A stretch of DNA of 64,000 nucleotides from Minisyncoccota bacterium (GCA_023229865.1 JALNYL010000004.1:17773-81772), one strand, 5' to 3'. Positions 29,717-38,758 are shown, counted from the stretch's first letter. Numbers and translations: made by a program. Notes: generated from the sequence alone by a model not told the origin.

Positions 29717-30613
29717 TTGTATTTTATAGAACTTTTAGGTAGTCTCAAAGAAGAACATTCTTTTAAGGAGGCTACTGTGGAACACAATCCAGTTATTGAA
29801 AGCTACAATTTGCCTGAGGTGTATCATCTTGGTTACAACGGCACGCACTTTGAGATTTGTCTGAATCCGACCTATTGGGATAAGTACATCAGACTTGCGG
29901 GAGCAGGGACTCCCTACGCAACAAAAATGGGACCGACATATATTCCACCGTCTATCTTTGGTGGAAAGTTTGGTTTCTATGGTTGTGCTACGGTGATCAA
30001 TACCCCTGAGGGTTTCTCGTGTATCCGGATTCCTGCACTCACTGAGAAGGGTGAACAAGACTTAAAGATGTCGCTCCATACATTTGGTGCGACGCTCTCA
30101 AGCGTTTTGTTTTGCTTGAATCATCTCCTTTATCTTGCACATGATGCGAAGGAGAAGGCGATGCCAGGGGAGAACTTCCAGTTGTTTGCAGTCAGGACTC
30201 ATGTGGGCCATAACCCAGCATTTCACAAGGTGAACCTTTCGCTCGCTACCTCTCTTTTGTCGATCGAGTTTCTCACCCGCTTTGGGAGCGAGTATTCGTT
30301 TTTGGATACGACAGAAGAAATGGAAGACCACTACATCACACAAGTAGCTCGTGACGGAGAAGTGGTGCGCTTGCTCCCCAGAGCAGTGGAGTGCCATTTC
30401 TACAACTATGGCGCACTCTTCTTCCGTACGATTGGTGGCGAGAGAGTCACCCTAGAAGTCCTCCCTGAGGATTTTAGTAACAAGATGCGTTGCCTCTCTG
30501 GTCGTAATGTTGAAACCGTCCTCCAGCAATTCAACCTCTTGGTCGGGGTGGCGTCCGTATGGCAGCTCGTCCGCGACGGTATTCGTTTAGGGGAATTGCC
30601 GACTTTTTCTTGA
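29717..30613 (+). CDS. Hypothetical protein (tandem paralog 2)
   Basis: SD AAGGAGG. EVYHLGYNGTHFEI, MGPTYIPPS and QQFNLLVGVASVWQLVRDGI. A near-identical style hairpin terminator follows. Confidence 0.5.
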   Translation: MYFIELLGSLKEEHSFKEATVEHNPVIESYNLPEVYHLGYNGTHFEICLNPTYWDKYIRLAGAGTPYATKMGPTYIPPSIFGGKFGFYGCATVINTPEGFSCIRIPALTEKGEQDLKMSLHTFGATLSSVLFCLNHLLYLAHDAKEKAMPGENFQLFAVRTHVGHNPAFHKVNLSLATSLLSIEFLTRFGSEYSFLDTTEEMEDHYITQVARDGEVVRLLPRAVECHFYNYGALFFRTIGGERVTLEVLPEDFSNKMRCLSGRNVETVLQQFNLLVGVASVWQLVRDGIRLGELPTFS

Positions 30614-30676
30614 ATCATTCAAACCGCGTGGCGCGTAATTCGCCCGCGGTTTTTTCTTTTGTGCTAAAATATTCCC

Positions 30677-31240
30677 ATGGATACATTTGCTCATGGACTC
30701 TGGGCGGGCGCGCTCGCAAAAGGTCTCAACAAAAGAGGGGAGAAACACCGTCGTCTCAATGTGTGGGCGACGGCGCTCTGGGGAGTCTTCCCTGATATTT
30801 TTGCATTCGGGCTACCGTTTATTTTTGTTGTGTGGAGTGTGGTATTTGGCGGTTCATCGTTTGCAGATTTTGGAGGACACCCTCCCGTCGCTGAGCCGAT
30901 GAGCGGAGACACGCTCGCGGTATTCCAGCTCTCAAATGCTTTTTATAATGTGAGCCACAGCCTCGTTGTTTTTGCGGTAGTGTTTTTTAGTGTCTGGGTG
31001 CACTTTAAAGAGTTTCGTCTCGAGCTTCTTGGGTGGTTTGTACATATTCTTATCGATATTCCTACCCACACATACGCTTTTTTCCCGACCCCTGTCTTTT
31101 GGCCGATTTTCGATTGGAAGTTTGATGGATTTTCTTGGGGTCAGCCGTGGTTTATGATTCTCAACTATACACTTCTTTTATTGGTGTACGGTGCGCTCAT
31201 TGCAAAGCGGGGGAAGGGAGAGTTTGACAAGAAAGCATAA
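30677..31240 (+). CDS. Integral membrane protein, possible metal-dependent hydrolase (DUF457/YdjM-like)
   Basis: Multiple TM helices. His-rich motifs (HGLWAG...HSLVVF...HILIDIPTH). Extended -10 TGCTAAAAT lies 6 nt upstream of the ATG. Confidence 0.4.
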   Translation: MDTFAHGLWAGALAKGLNKRGEKHRRLNVWATALWGVFPDIFAFGLPFIFVVWSVVFGGSSFADFGGHPPVAEPMSGDTLAVFQLSNAFYNVSHSLVVFAVVFFSVWVHFKEFRLELLGWFVHILIDIPTHTYAFFPTPVFWPIFDWKFDGFSWGQPWFMILNYTLLLLVYGALIAKRGKGEFDKKA

Positions 31241-31404
31241 ATAGTCTATAGTAGTAGCAACTTCATCTCATAGAGTTTTTGTCCAGGCACTACGCCTGAA
31301 AAGGGGTTGTCCTAAAAGCACATTCTTCGCATTACACAGAGGCTTCAGAGAATTAACGAAGAATTAATTATCGTCTGTAAAAACAGACTCTTTTAGAACA
31401 ATAT

Positions 31405-32898
31405 ATGGAACACAAAAAAACATTTTCACGTGGCGCAAGCTCTAGTGCGCGTCCACGTACAGGGGGTGCTTCGTCGCCTCGCTCGTATGGTAGTTCGCGT
31501 CCACGTACTGATGGCGCGTCTTCTTCTCGCTCGTATTCGAGCTCACGCCCAGCAAGCTCACGTACTTATGGGTCTCGCCCAGCTTCAAGCTCGTCAGCTC
31601 GTTCATACTCTGCACGACCTGCTTCAACTTCGTCGAGTTCAGCAGTTCGTCCTGCTTCAACTGCATCGACAACAACGCGCGTATACCCAGCAAAGCCACG
31701 TCCATTTTCAGCACGTCCACCACTTGGTCGCTCATTTAGCGCGTCACGTGGAGGCTCAAGCCGTGGAGGGGGAAAGCGTGGAGCTCGTAAGGGCCAGCAC
31801 ATCGATATTAATAAATTTATCAACAAGACCGTCATCACGGAGGAGGCTGTAGTGTACACACCAGAGCACCTCTTTAAGGATTTCGTTATTGACGAGCGCC
31901 TCAAGGCAAATATTCTCGGCAAGGGTTACAACGAGCCAACCCCTATTCAGGATCGTGTGATTGCGCATATTTTGCACGGACATGATGTGGTTGGTATCGC
32001 AAACACAGGTACTGGCAAGACTGCTGCGTTCCTCATTCCGCTTATCGACAAGGTTCTCAAGAATCCAAAAGAGAAGGTGATCGTACTTGCGCCAACACGT
32101 GAGCTCGCTCAGCAGATTGAAATGGAACTCAAGGGCTTCGTAAAAGGTTTCAAGATTTTCTCAGTATGTTGCGTGGGTGGAGCGCCTATCGGACGCCAGA
32201 TTTCTGATCTCCGTTACCAGCACAACTTTATTATTGGAACACCAGGCCGCGTAAAGGATTTGATTGAGCGCAAGCTTATCAACCTTGCAGACTTCAAGTC
32301 AGCAGTCCTCGACGAAGCAGACCGTATGCTCGATATGGGATTTATCCACGACATGCGTTACATGATGGACCTTATGCCAAAGGATCGTCACACACTTTTC
32401 TTCTCAGCAACACTTTCTCCAGAAATTGCTGCGCTCATCAAGGACTTCCTCAAGGAGCCTGTGATGGTATCCGTGAAGACTCAGGACACATCAAAGAATG
32501 TTGAGCAGGATGTTGTGAAGATTAAGGCAGGGGAGGATAAACTCGAAGTTCTTCATGACCTTTTGATCGACCCAGAGTTCAAGAAGGTTATTATCTTCGG
32601 ACGCACCAAGCACGGTGTAGAAAAGCTCGCCGTAGCTCTCAATAAGAAAGGATTCAAAGCTCAGTCAATTCACGGCGACAAAAACCAGGGACAGCGTCAG
32701 CGCGCGCTCGACACCTTCAAGAAGGGTCTCGCGCAGATCCTCGTGGCAACAGATGTTGCAGCACGTGGTCTCGATATCTCAGGCGTGTCACACGTAATCA
32801 ACTACGATATTCCAGAAACCTATGATGACTATGTACACCGTATCGGTCGTACTGGCCGCGCAGGGCAGAAGGGAAAGGCGCTTACCTTCATCGGGTAA
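31405..32898 (+). CDS. DEAD-box ATP-dependent RNA helicase with N-terminal Ser/Arg/Pro-rich low-complexity extension
   Basis: Q motif, Walker A ANTGTGKTAAF, DEAD box (VLDEADRMLDMGF), SAT, and HRIGRTGRAG motif VI. Confidence 0.9.
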   Translation: MEHKKTFSRGASSSARPRTGGASSPRSYGSSRPRTDGASSSRSYSSSRPASSRTYGSRPASSSSARSYSARPASTSSSSAVRPASTASTTTRVYPAKPRPFSARPPLGRSFSASRGGSSRGGGKRGARKGQHIDINKFINKTVITEEAVVYTPEHLFKDFVIDERLKANILGKGYNEPTPIQDRVIAHILHGHDVVGIANTGTGKTAAFLIPLIDKVLKNPKEKVIVLAPTRELAQQIEMELKGFVKGFKIFSVCCVGGAPIGRQISDLRYQHNFIIGTPGRVKDLIERKLINLADFKSAVLDEADRMLDMGFIHDMRYMMDLMPKDRHTLFFSATLSPEIAALIKDFLKEPVMVSVKTQDTSKNVEQDVVKIKAGEDKLEVLHDLLIDPEFKKVIIFGRTKHGVEKLAVALNKKGFKAQSIHGDKNQGQRQRALDTFKKGLAQILVATDVAARGLDISGVSHVINYDIPETYDDYVHRIGRTGRAGQKGKALTFIG

Positions 32899-32904
32899 AC
32901 TGCA

Positions 32905-32945
32905 AAAAACTCCCCACCATTCAGCCGAATGGTGGGGAGTTTTTA
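32905..32945 (+). terminator. Terminator hairpin with TTCAGCCGAA loop
   Basis: AAAAAACTCCCCACCATTCAGCCGAATGGTGGGGAGTTTTT. Confidence 0.6.
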
Positions 32946-33024
32946 TTTTGACATTACGCAGAGAACCATGCTAGGCTCTTAAGAGCAATTTGTTCTCAAA
33001 CAATATTAAAGGGAGGCGTGTATT

Positions 33025-33498
33025 ATGTTTATTACTGTTGGTGGTCTTGCTGGTGGGGTTGTTCATGTTGATCGTGCTGGCGATCTGATGTTCCCCGACT
33101 GGGAACATCGCATTATCCAGCCCAGTTTTGAATCATTTGGGCCGATCGCGTTTGTGCCAAAAAGTCTTGAAACTTGGTTCCATAAAAACCAAGAGTCGGG
33201 GGTCCCCATGATCGCTGAAGACTTGCTTCTGTATCTCGAGCAAAACAAGATGCGTGAGCGTTGCCTCGGCCTCTATGAAGCCCAGGCTATTCAAAAGAAG
33301 GGAATCAGGTTTTATCGGGAACACTTCGGCAGTGAAATCGTCCTGTGCTGGAAATGTGTTATCGCCCGCAGTGATGGTTTGCGGTACGTACCATTTCTTG
33401 CGGAAGCTACTGGTCGGGAAGAAGTGGTCCTTGGTTGGTTCCCCGTTGATTGCCGCCGGCATATTGACGCCCCAGTGTATCTTTTCCCCGCACAGTAA
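33025..33498 (+). CDS. Hypothetical protein
   Basis: Strong SD GGGAGG. A terminator at about 33520-33555 (AAAAGGCCCGC...GCGGGCCTTTTT). Confidence 0.4.
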   Translation: MFITVGGLAGGVVHVDRAGDLMFPDWEHRIIQPSFESFGPIAFVPKSLETWFHKNQESGVPMIAEDLLLYLEQNKMRERCLGLYEAQAIQKKGIRFYREHFGSEIVLCWKCVIARSDGLRYVPFLAEATGREEVVLGWFPVDCRRHIDAPVYLFPAQ

Positions 33499-33620
33499 TC
33501 GTTTTTCCCCTTGTTTAAAAAGGCCCGCCCACCAGCGGGCCTTTTTGTTGTTTGCTGGTAAATATATGCTAGTATTCTCTGTAAGAACGGCCATTTAGCC
33601 CCGTCTTCATTATTGTAGGC

Positions 33621-34148
33621 ATGAATCCAAATGCGGTTGAAAAAGAATTTCTTGGAGCATATGACCAGTTTGCCGATGCAATCTTTCGGCACTGTGTTTT
33701 CCGCGTATCAGACCGCGAGAAAGCAAAAGATCTAGCTCAGGGGACCTTTGTTCGCCTTTGGGATTATATGTCGCAGGGCAAAGAAATCGACAATATGCGC
33801 GCATTTCTTTATCGGATAGCCAACAACTTGATCATTGATGAATACCGAAAGAAGAAGGATGAGTCACTCGACAGAATGCGTGATGAAGAGGGATTTGATA
33901 TAGGATTTGAACCTCGTCACGACATTGAAGCAAAAGATGACTTCGCCCGCGCCCAGCTTCTCCTCGATGCTCTCCCGGATAAATATCGAGAAGCACTCGT
34001 GATGCGGCATATCGACGGACTTTCCGTAAAAGATATCGCACGCCTCACGCACGAGACAGAAAATGTAATCTCCGTACGCATACACCGCGCAATAGAGAAA
34101 CTAAAAACGCTTTCAGAAAAATCACACCAAAATGGAAAACATTATTAA
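33621..34148 (+). CDS. ECF-family RNA polymerase sigma factor (second copy)
   Basis: Region 2 (FLYRIANNLIIDEYRKKK) and region 4 (YREALVMRHIDGLSVKDIARLTHETENVISVRIHRAIEKLK). Confidence 0.8.
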   Translation: MNPNAVEKEFLGAYDQFADAIFRHCVFRVSDREKAKDLAQGTFVRLWDYMSQGKEIDNMRAFLYRIANNLIIDEYRKKKDESLDRMRDEEGFDIGFEPRHDIEAKDDFARAQLLLDALPDKYREALVMRHIDGLSVKDIARLTHETENVISVRIHRAIEKLKTLSEKSHQNGKHY

Positions 34149-35280
34149 ACAACTTAAGAAAGGGTCACAACACGCACGTCTTTCGTCTGCTGAAAAAACA
34201 GAAATGAGAAGTGCGCTTCTTCAGTATGCCAAGGCGCATCCCGTAGAGAGCTCAGTGCTTTCTTCTCGAGCGATTGTTTCTCCGTTTTCTCTCAGTAATT
34301 TTAGAAACAAAAAAACTATTTCCGGTTTGGTTATCGGAGGGCTTTTGATGAGTGGATCAGTTTCATTTGCAGCAGAAGGGGCTTTGCCTGGAGATATTCT
34401 TTATCCCGTGAAGGTAAGCGTAAACGAGGGGATTCGTAAGGCCGTTGCGGTAACCCCTGAGGCGAAGTCTGCGCTTGGTGTGAAGCTCGTAGAGCGTCGT
34501 CTTGTTGAGATTGAAAAGCTCGCTGCCCTCCCTGATACTCCTTCGGAAATTCACGAATTGGCTGCGCTCAATTTGGAGAAATATATGCATGATGCTGAAG
34601 AGCGTTTTGAAACGGTTGAGAACGACAATGATGGTGACGAAGATACGCACGTCATTACAGATTTGTCAGCAGTGCTTAGTACTCATGAGCAGATCCTCTC
34701 TGATCTCCAGGCAGATTTTGAAAAGAAAAATATTGAGGTACGTCGTCACAATGAAGACGCGTCGGAGCGTGATGAGAATATCGTTGCAACTTCGACCGTA
34801 TCTACGGCAGTTACTACAGCGCGCGAGGTAAAGAAAGAATCAGATCGTCATGAAGATTCTCCTAAGAAAACAGAAAAAGAAGAACATTCATTTGTGCCAG
34901 CCACAACAACCGTTGCAGTAGTAGCCACAACAACCGCAGCCGTCGTTCACTCAGAGCATATCAAAAAAGCTCTCGAGACTGTTCGTGAGTCTATAAAAGA
35001 CATTGAAGAAAAAAACGAAGAATACAAAAAGAAGAATAATACCACAGAATCAACTTCCAGAGATTCAAAAGAGGTTAAGGATAATACTTCACGAAGGGAA
35101 GAATCAGCCTCGACGGAATCGTCAACCGTGCGTATAAAAGTTTACAACAAAGACAAAGAGAGGGAGAAGCGTCAGGAGGAGGAAATTCGTTCAAGTCGAG
35201 AGACTCGAACGCCAAGCGTTTCGACCGTAGCTACAACGACAGCAACAACGACGGAGGTGGAGGAGCGTCACGATAACTAA
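34132..35280 (+). CDS. DUF5667-like membrane protein, putative anti-sigma factor partner of ECF sigma
   Basis: Overlaps the sigma gene by 17 nt. Single TM then GALPGDILYPVKV motif typical of DUF5667. Charged low-complexity C-terminus. Confidence 0.5.
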   Translation: MENIIKQLKKGSQHARLSSAEKTEMRSALLQYAKAHPVESSVLSSRAIVSPFSLSNFRNKKTISGLVIGGLLMSGSVSFAAEGALPGDILYPVKVSVNEGIRKAVAVTPEAKSALGVKLVERRLVEIEKLAALPDTPSEIHELAALNLEKYMHDAEERFETVENDNDGDEDTHVITDLSAVLSTHEQILSDLQADFEKKNIEVRRHNEDASERDENIVATSTVSTAVTTAREVKKESDRHEDSPKKTEKEEHSFVPATTTVAVVATTTAAVVHSEHIKKALETVRESIKDIEEKNEEYKKKNNTTESTSRDSKEVKDNTSRREESASTESSTVRIKVYNKDKEREKRQEEEIRSSRETRTPSVSTVATTTATTTEVEERHDN

Positions 35281-35283
35281 GTA

Positions 35284-35337
35284 AAACAGACACAGGGCCC
35301 GCGATTCGGCTGAATCGCGGGCCCTGTGTCTGTTTTT
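35284..35337 (+). terminator. Bidirectional terminator hairpin, inverted version of the GATTCAGCCGAATC family
   Basis: AAACAGACACAGGGCCCGCGATTCGGCTGAATCGCGGGCCCTGTGTCTGTTTTT. Confidence 0.6.
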
Positions 35338-35369
35338 AAAATCTTGAGAAGAATAGTACAATATACAAG

Positions 35370-36383
35370 ATGAAAAGATTTATCTACATTCTACTTCTCG
35401 TTCTCAGCCCGTTTTCTTTTGCTTGCGCGGCTGATGAGCCTATTAAAAACGCTGGCTTTGTTCCTGCGAATATTTGGTATTCAAAAGATCCGTTCTTTGC
35501 GGGGGAGACTATTCGCGTGTACACGATTATTTTCAATGGCAGTTCGTATGATCTCGAGGGGACGGTTGAATTCCTTGATAACGGAGTTCTTTTGGGTAAG
35601 ACAAACTTCTCACTTTCTGGCGGCGGGCGGGTGCGTGATTTGTGGGTAGACTGGAAGGCTACAAACGGGAAGCATGTGATGACGGCGCGTATCGTAAATG
35701 TTACTGCATCTCTTGCAGGTGGAGCAAAGCGCTCAATCGCACTCGATAATGCCGAGACGGGGAAGAGTGAACGCTTGGTAGATTTGGATACCGATGGCGA
35801 CGGTATCGGCAATACTGAAGACACCGACGATGACGGCGATACCGTGCTCGACGTTGATGAGCTCCGCAATAATACTGACCCACTCAAAAAAGATACCAAT
35901 GGTAATGGTGTTTCAGACGGGAAGGAACTTGAAATAGCTGCGCAGAAAAAAGCAGCACAAGAAAAGGTTGCAGCTGGTGCGACCACGAACGAAGAGCCTG
36001 CTGGAAGTATTTTGGGTACGATTAAAAAAGTAGAAGAAACTATCCCTGATCCGGTGAAGTCTGGCGTATCAACGGGCGCAAACGCCATCGAACGTTTCCG
36101 TATTGGAGAAGGATATCAAGCGCGTCTCGCAAAAGAAGAAAAAGCTCGCGAGATTGATGCGATGAAGGTCGCCGTGCGTGCGCCCGTGGTGGTGCAAAAA
36201 GATGGCACCGTTCTCGGCGCTTCTTCAAATGTCGCAGAAAAACCATTTGCGTATGTGATGCTCGGACTCTATGCACTCCTTCAATATTTCTTTGAGTGGC
36301 AGATTATTTTCTACAGCGTTCTCTTTTATATCACGTATCGTTTGTTGAAATATCTCGCTCGTCGTATCTGGAACAGGGATTAG
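35370..36383 (+). CDS. Secreted protein with thrombospondin type-3-like calcium-binding Asp repeats and C-terminal TM anchor
   Basis: Signal peptide MKRFIYILLLVLSPFSFACA. DTDGDGIGNTEDTDDDGDTVLDVDELRNNTDPLKKDTNGNGVSDGKE. C-terminal hydrophobic segment. TACAAT lies 7 nt before the ATG. Confidence 0.45.
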   Translation: MKRFIYILLLVLSPFSFACAADEPIKNAGFVPANIWYSKDPFFAGETIRVYTIIFNGSSYDLEGTVEFLDNGVLLGKTNFSLSGGGRVRDLWVDWKATNGKHVMTARIVNVTASLAGGAKRSIALDNAETGKSERLVDLDTDGDGIGNTEDTDDDGDTVLDVDELRNNTDPLKKDTNGNGVSDGKELEIAAQKKAAQEKVAAGATTNEEPAGSILGTIKKVEETIPDPVKSGVSTGANAIERFRIGEGYQARLAKEEKAREIDAMKVAVRAPVVVQKDGTVLGASSNVAEKPFAYVMLGLYALLQYFFEWQIIFYSVLFYITYRLLKYLARRIWNRD

Positions 36384-36399
36384 TTGTAGAATATAAAAA

Positions 36400-36437
36400 A
36401 GGGCGCATCGCGTAGCGATGCGCCCTTTTTTATTAGT
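36400..36437 (+). terminator. Bidirectional terminator between convergent genes
   Basis: AAAAAGGGCGCATCGC-gtag-CGATGCGCCCTTTTTT. Confidence 0.6.
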
Positions 36438-36447
36438 TGCCCCCAGA

Positions 36448-37542
36448 TTACTTCTTCTCTGTGTATGAAAGGGTCATCTTCTGATCCTTTGCATCAAAGA
36501 GGGTAATCGAGAATGAGTATGTGCGTCCGAGTTCAAGTTTCTTCTTGAGCTCTTCTTCGGTACCAAACTCTGAAACGTGTACGAGACCTGCGATCCCTTC
36601 TTCAAGAGATACGAGTGCACCGTAGTTGTTGAACTTGATAACGATACCGGTTACGGTGTCGCCCTTCTTGTAACGCTTCTCAGCATCCTTCCAAGGGTTC
36701 TCCTTGAGAGCCTTGAGTGAAAGAGAAATCTTTCCATCCTTGATCTCAATAACCTTTACGCGAACCTTTTCACCAAGTTTGAACATCTTACGTGGATCAT
36801 CTACGAGACCCCATCCGATTTCTGAGATGTGTACGAGTCCTTCGATACCATCCTCAAGCTTCACGAATACGCCGAAGTCTACGATACCTGAGATTGTACC
36901 ATCGAGTTCATCGCCGTTTGAGTACTTTCCAGAAATCTCGCGCTTCTCCTTTACTCCCTGCTCCTTCTCAGAGAAGATGAGTTTGCCTTCCTTTGGAGAT
37001 GCTCCAATGATGGTTACCGCGATACGCTTTCCAATGAGCTTCTTGAGTTCGCCAAGAATCTTATCCTTGTCGCCGTCATCGATACGTGGGTAGTGCTCGC
37101 TCTTGAGCTGTGACGCAGGAAGGAATCCCTGAATCCCTTGCCACTCGATGATGAGTCCACCCTTGTTTGCCTCCTTTACAGGAAGATCAAGAGTCTTCTT
37201 TGACTTAATAGCTTCTTCAGCTTCGCTCCAGATGATTGCCTGACGTGCCTCCTTGAGCGAGAGCTCAATGTAGCCGTCTTCGTTGTTGGTGTCGACTACC
37301 TTTGCAGTAATCGTGTCGCCAATATTGAGACGCTTGATGACGTCACGAGCGTTGATAAACTCACGTCCGTAGATAATACCCGTACCGATGGCACCGAGGT
37401 TTACGTACACACATGACTTTGCAACGCTGATAACAGGTCCCTCAACAAGTGAGTCATTCTCAGGCAATGGTTTTACATCAGCCATGAGTTTACCCATAAG
37501 TGACAATGGGGCCTCTACGATTTCTTCAATTTCTTTTTTCAT
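36448..37542 (-). CDS. rpsA: 30S ribosomal protein S1 (four S1 domains, short form)
   Basis: Repeated S1 OB-fold units (GxV...G.fV......GlvH.Se). Length 364 aa. Confidence 0.75.
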   Translation of the reverse strand: MKKEIEEIVEAPLSLMGKLMADVKPLPENDSLVEGPVISVAKSCVYVNLGAIGTGIIYGREFINARDVIKRLNIGDTITAKVVDTNNEDGYIELSLKEARQAIIWSEAEEAIKSKKTLDLPVKEANKGGLIIEWQGIQGFLPASQLKSEHYPRIDDGDKDKILGELKKLIGKRIAVTIIGASPKEGKLIFSEKEQGVKEKREISGKYSNGDELDGTISGIVDFGVFVKLEDGIEGLVHISEIGWGLVDDPRKMFKLGEKVRVKVIEIKDGKISLSLKALKENPWKDAEKRYKKGDTVTGIVIKFNNYGALVSLEEGIAGLVHVSEFGTEEELKKKLELGRTYSFSITLFDAKDQKMTLSYTEKK

Positions 37543-37740
37543 GTAACAAAAAATCCCATCAAACCTACATAATTGTAGTACAAGCGGGATGTGTGAACCT
37601 TGGTTTTCCCCCGAACGGTCGAGTCAGGATGGGGGAGGGTTAGCCTTGGAACTGCTTGTGATTAACCCGTACAATATACGGGAAATCAGGCAAAAAGTAA
37701 AGGGGGCGATTCAGCGAATCGCCCCCTTGGGGGTTGGTCG

Positions 37741-37827
37741 TTACGGGGTCGGCATTTTATCAGCCGATTTCCTTGTGGGGAGTTCGTCGTGGATTGGCCC
37801 GGGGTCATCCTCGTTGAGCGGGTACAT
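37741..37827 (-). CDS. Small ORF, 28 aa (MYPLNEDDPGPIHDELPTRKSADKMPTP), unknown function
   Basis: Excellent SD AAGGAGGT 5 nt upstream of the ATG. Followed on the minus strand by terminator hairpin GGGGGCGATTCGCTGAATCGCCCCC plus T-run (plus coords about 37697-37735). Confidence 0.4.
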   Translation of the reverse strand: MYPLNEDDPGPIHDELPTRKSADKMPTP

Positions 37828-37889
37828 ATTGAACCTCCTTGAAAATTAAAGGGCTCCGCGAGGAGCCCTTGGGTTGCGGCATTGGCCGG

Positions 37890-37940
37890 TTAGACGAAGT
37901 TGAGACCTTCGGGATTCCACGAGGGGTCGCGGGTTCTCAT
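37890..37940 (-). CDS. Small ORF, 16 aa (MRTRDPSWNPEGLNFV), unknown function
   Basis: SD AAAGGAGAA 6 nt upstream. Preceded on the minus strand by a candidate promoter (TTGCAA-16-TATGCT) and a leader of about 120 nt. Confidence 0.35.
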   Translation of the reverse strand: MRTRDPSWNPEGLNFV

Positions 37941-38059
37941 AGGCGTTCTCCTTTAAAGTACAGCTGGGTTAAGGGATTTTCTTAAAGTCACCTCACGGTG
38001 GTTTAAGGGTTCATCGGTAGACTGGATCACCATCCTTTCCCTGGGTTGAAACTAACTAA

Positions 38060-38087
38060 AGCATAGCAAAGGTAGTTAAATTTGCAA
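38060..38087 (-). promoter_or_regulatory. Candidate sigma-70 promoter (TTGCAA-16 nt-TATGCT) driving the small-ORF locus
   Basis: -35 at 38082-38087 and -10 at 38060-38065 on the minus strand. Confidence 0.35.
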
Positions 38088-38462
38088 GAACTTTACCGTA
38101 CTTGTTTCAGAAAGCCGCGCAATCTATATACATTTGCCTAGTCCACATCATGCGCCGCAATCGGACCGTATGCTTTGTAGCATCCTCGTGCTTGCGGTAG
38201 GCTGTGACTTCATCTCCGCTTGGGTCATGAATGACCCAATCCTTGTGACTGCAAGTTTCAGTGTGGCACCTGCAATAGTTCTGGCGAACATGGAACCTGC
38301 GCGGGGAGTCAGGGTCTGCTGGTAGTAATTCAAGGCTCATCTTGCTCTCCTCTTGTCTGTTAATGGTTGAATCCTTTTGCAGTCTAGCAAACTATGTTCT
38401 TACTGCAAGTTATTTTTGATAAAGAAAAACCTCGCAACATGCGCGAGGTTAAGGTAGGGGAA

Positions 38463-38525
38463 TGGAGTCCTGTACAAGAATCGAACTTATGACAGTGCTT
38501 TTCAGGGCACTTACGTTGCCACTCC
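38463..38525 (-). ncRNA. tRNA-like element (acceptor-like stem GGAGT/ACTCC, T-arm TTCGATT, encoded 3' CCA) lacking a canonical D-arm
   Basis: Minus strand GGAGTGGCAACGTAAGTGCCCTGAAAAGCACTGTCATAAGTTCGATTCTTGTACAGGACTCCA. Could not be folded as a standard tRNA by eye. Confidence 0.3.
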
Positions 38526-38629
38526 GTCAACAGGCCTTGATTCCTCCACTAGCTCTATTTTATCAAAGGGAAAGGAAAAGAAAAAGGGCCCCACGTCGTT
38601 GTGGGGCCCTGGGTTGCGGCCGGAGCCGA

Positions 38630-38680
38630 TCAGGTTGTGATCTTGATACTGTTGGTACCATCGCGGATGAAGTTCATCAT
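38630..38680 (-). CDS. Small ORF, 15-16 aa (M-MNFIRDGTNSIKITT), unknown function
   Basis: SD AAAGGAGGTGG immediately upstream. Followed by GC-rich terminator GGGGCCCCACAACGACGTGGGGCCC plus T-run (plus coords about 38586-38612). Confidence 0.35.
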   Translation of the reverse strand: MMNFIRDGTNSIKITT

Positions 38681-38758
38681 CCACCTCCTTTCTCTCTGTT
38701 GACCGGTGTGCGTCATTGTGACGCGGGGTTGATTGGCGTAGGGGCCGGCATGCTGGAG

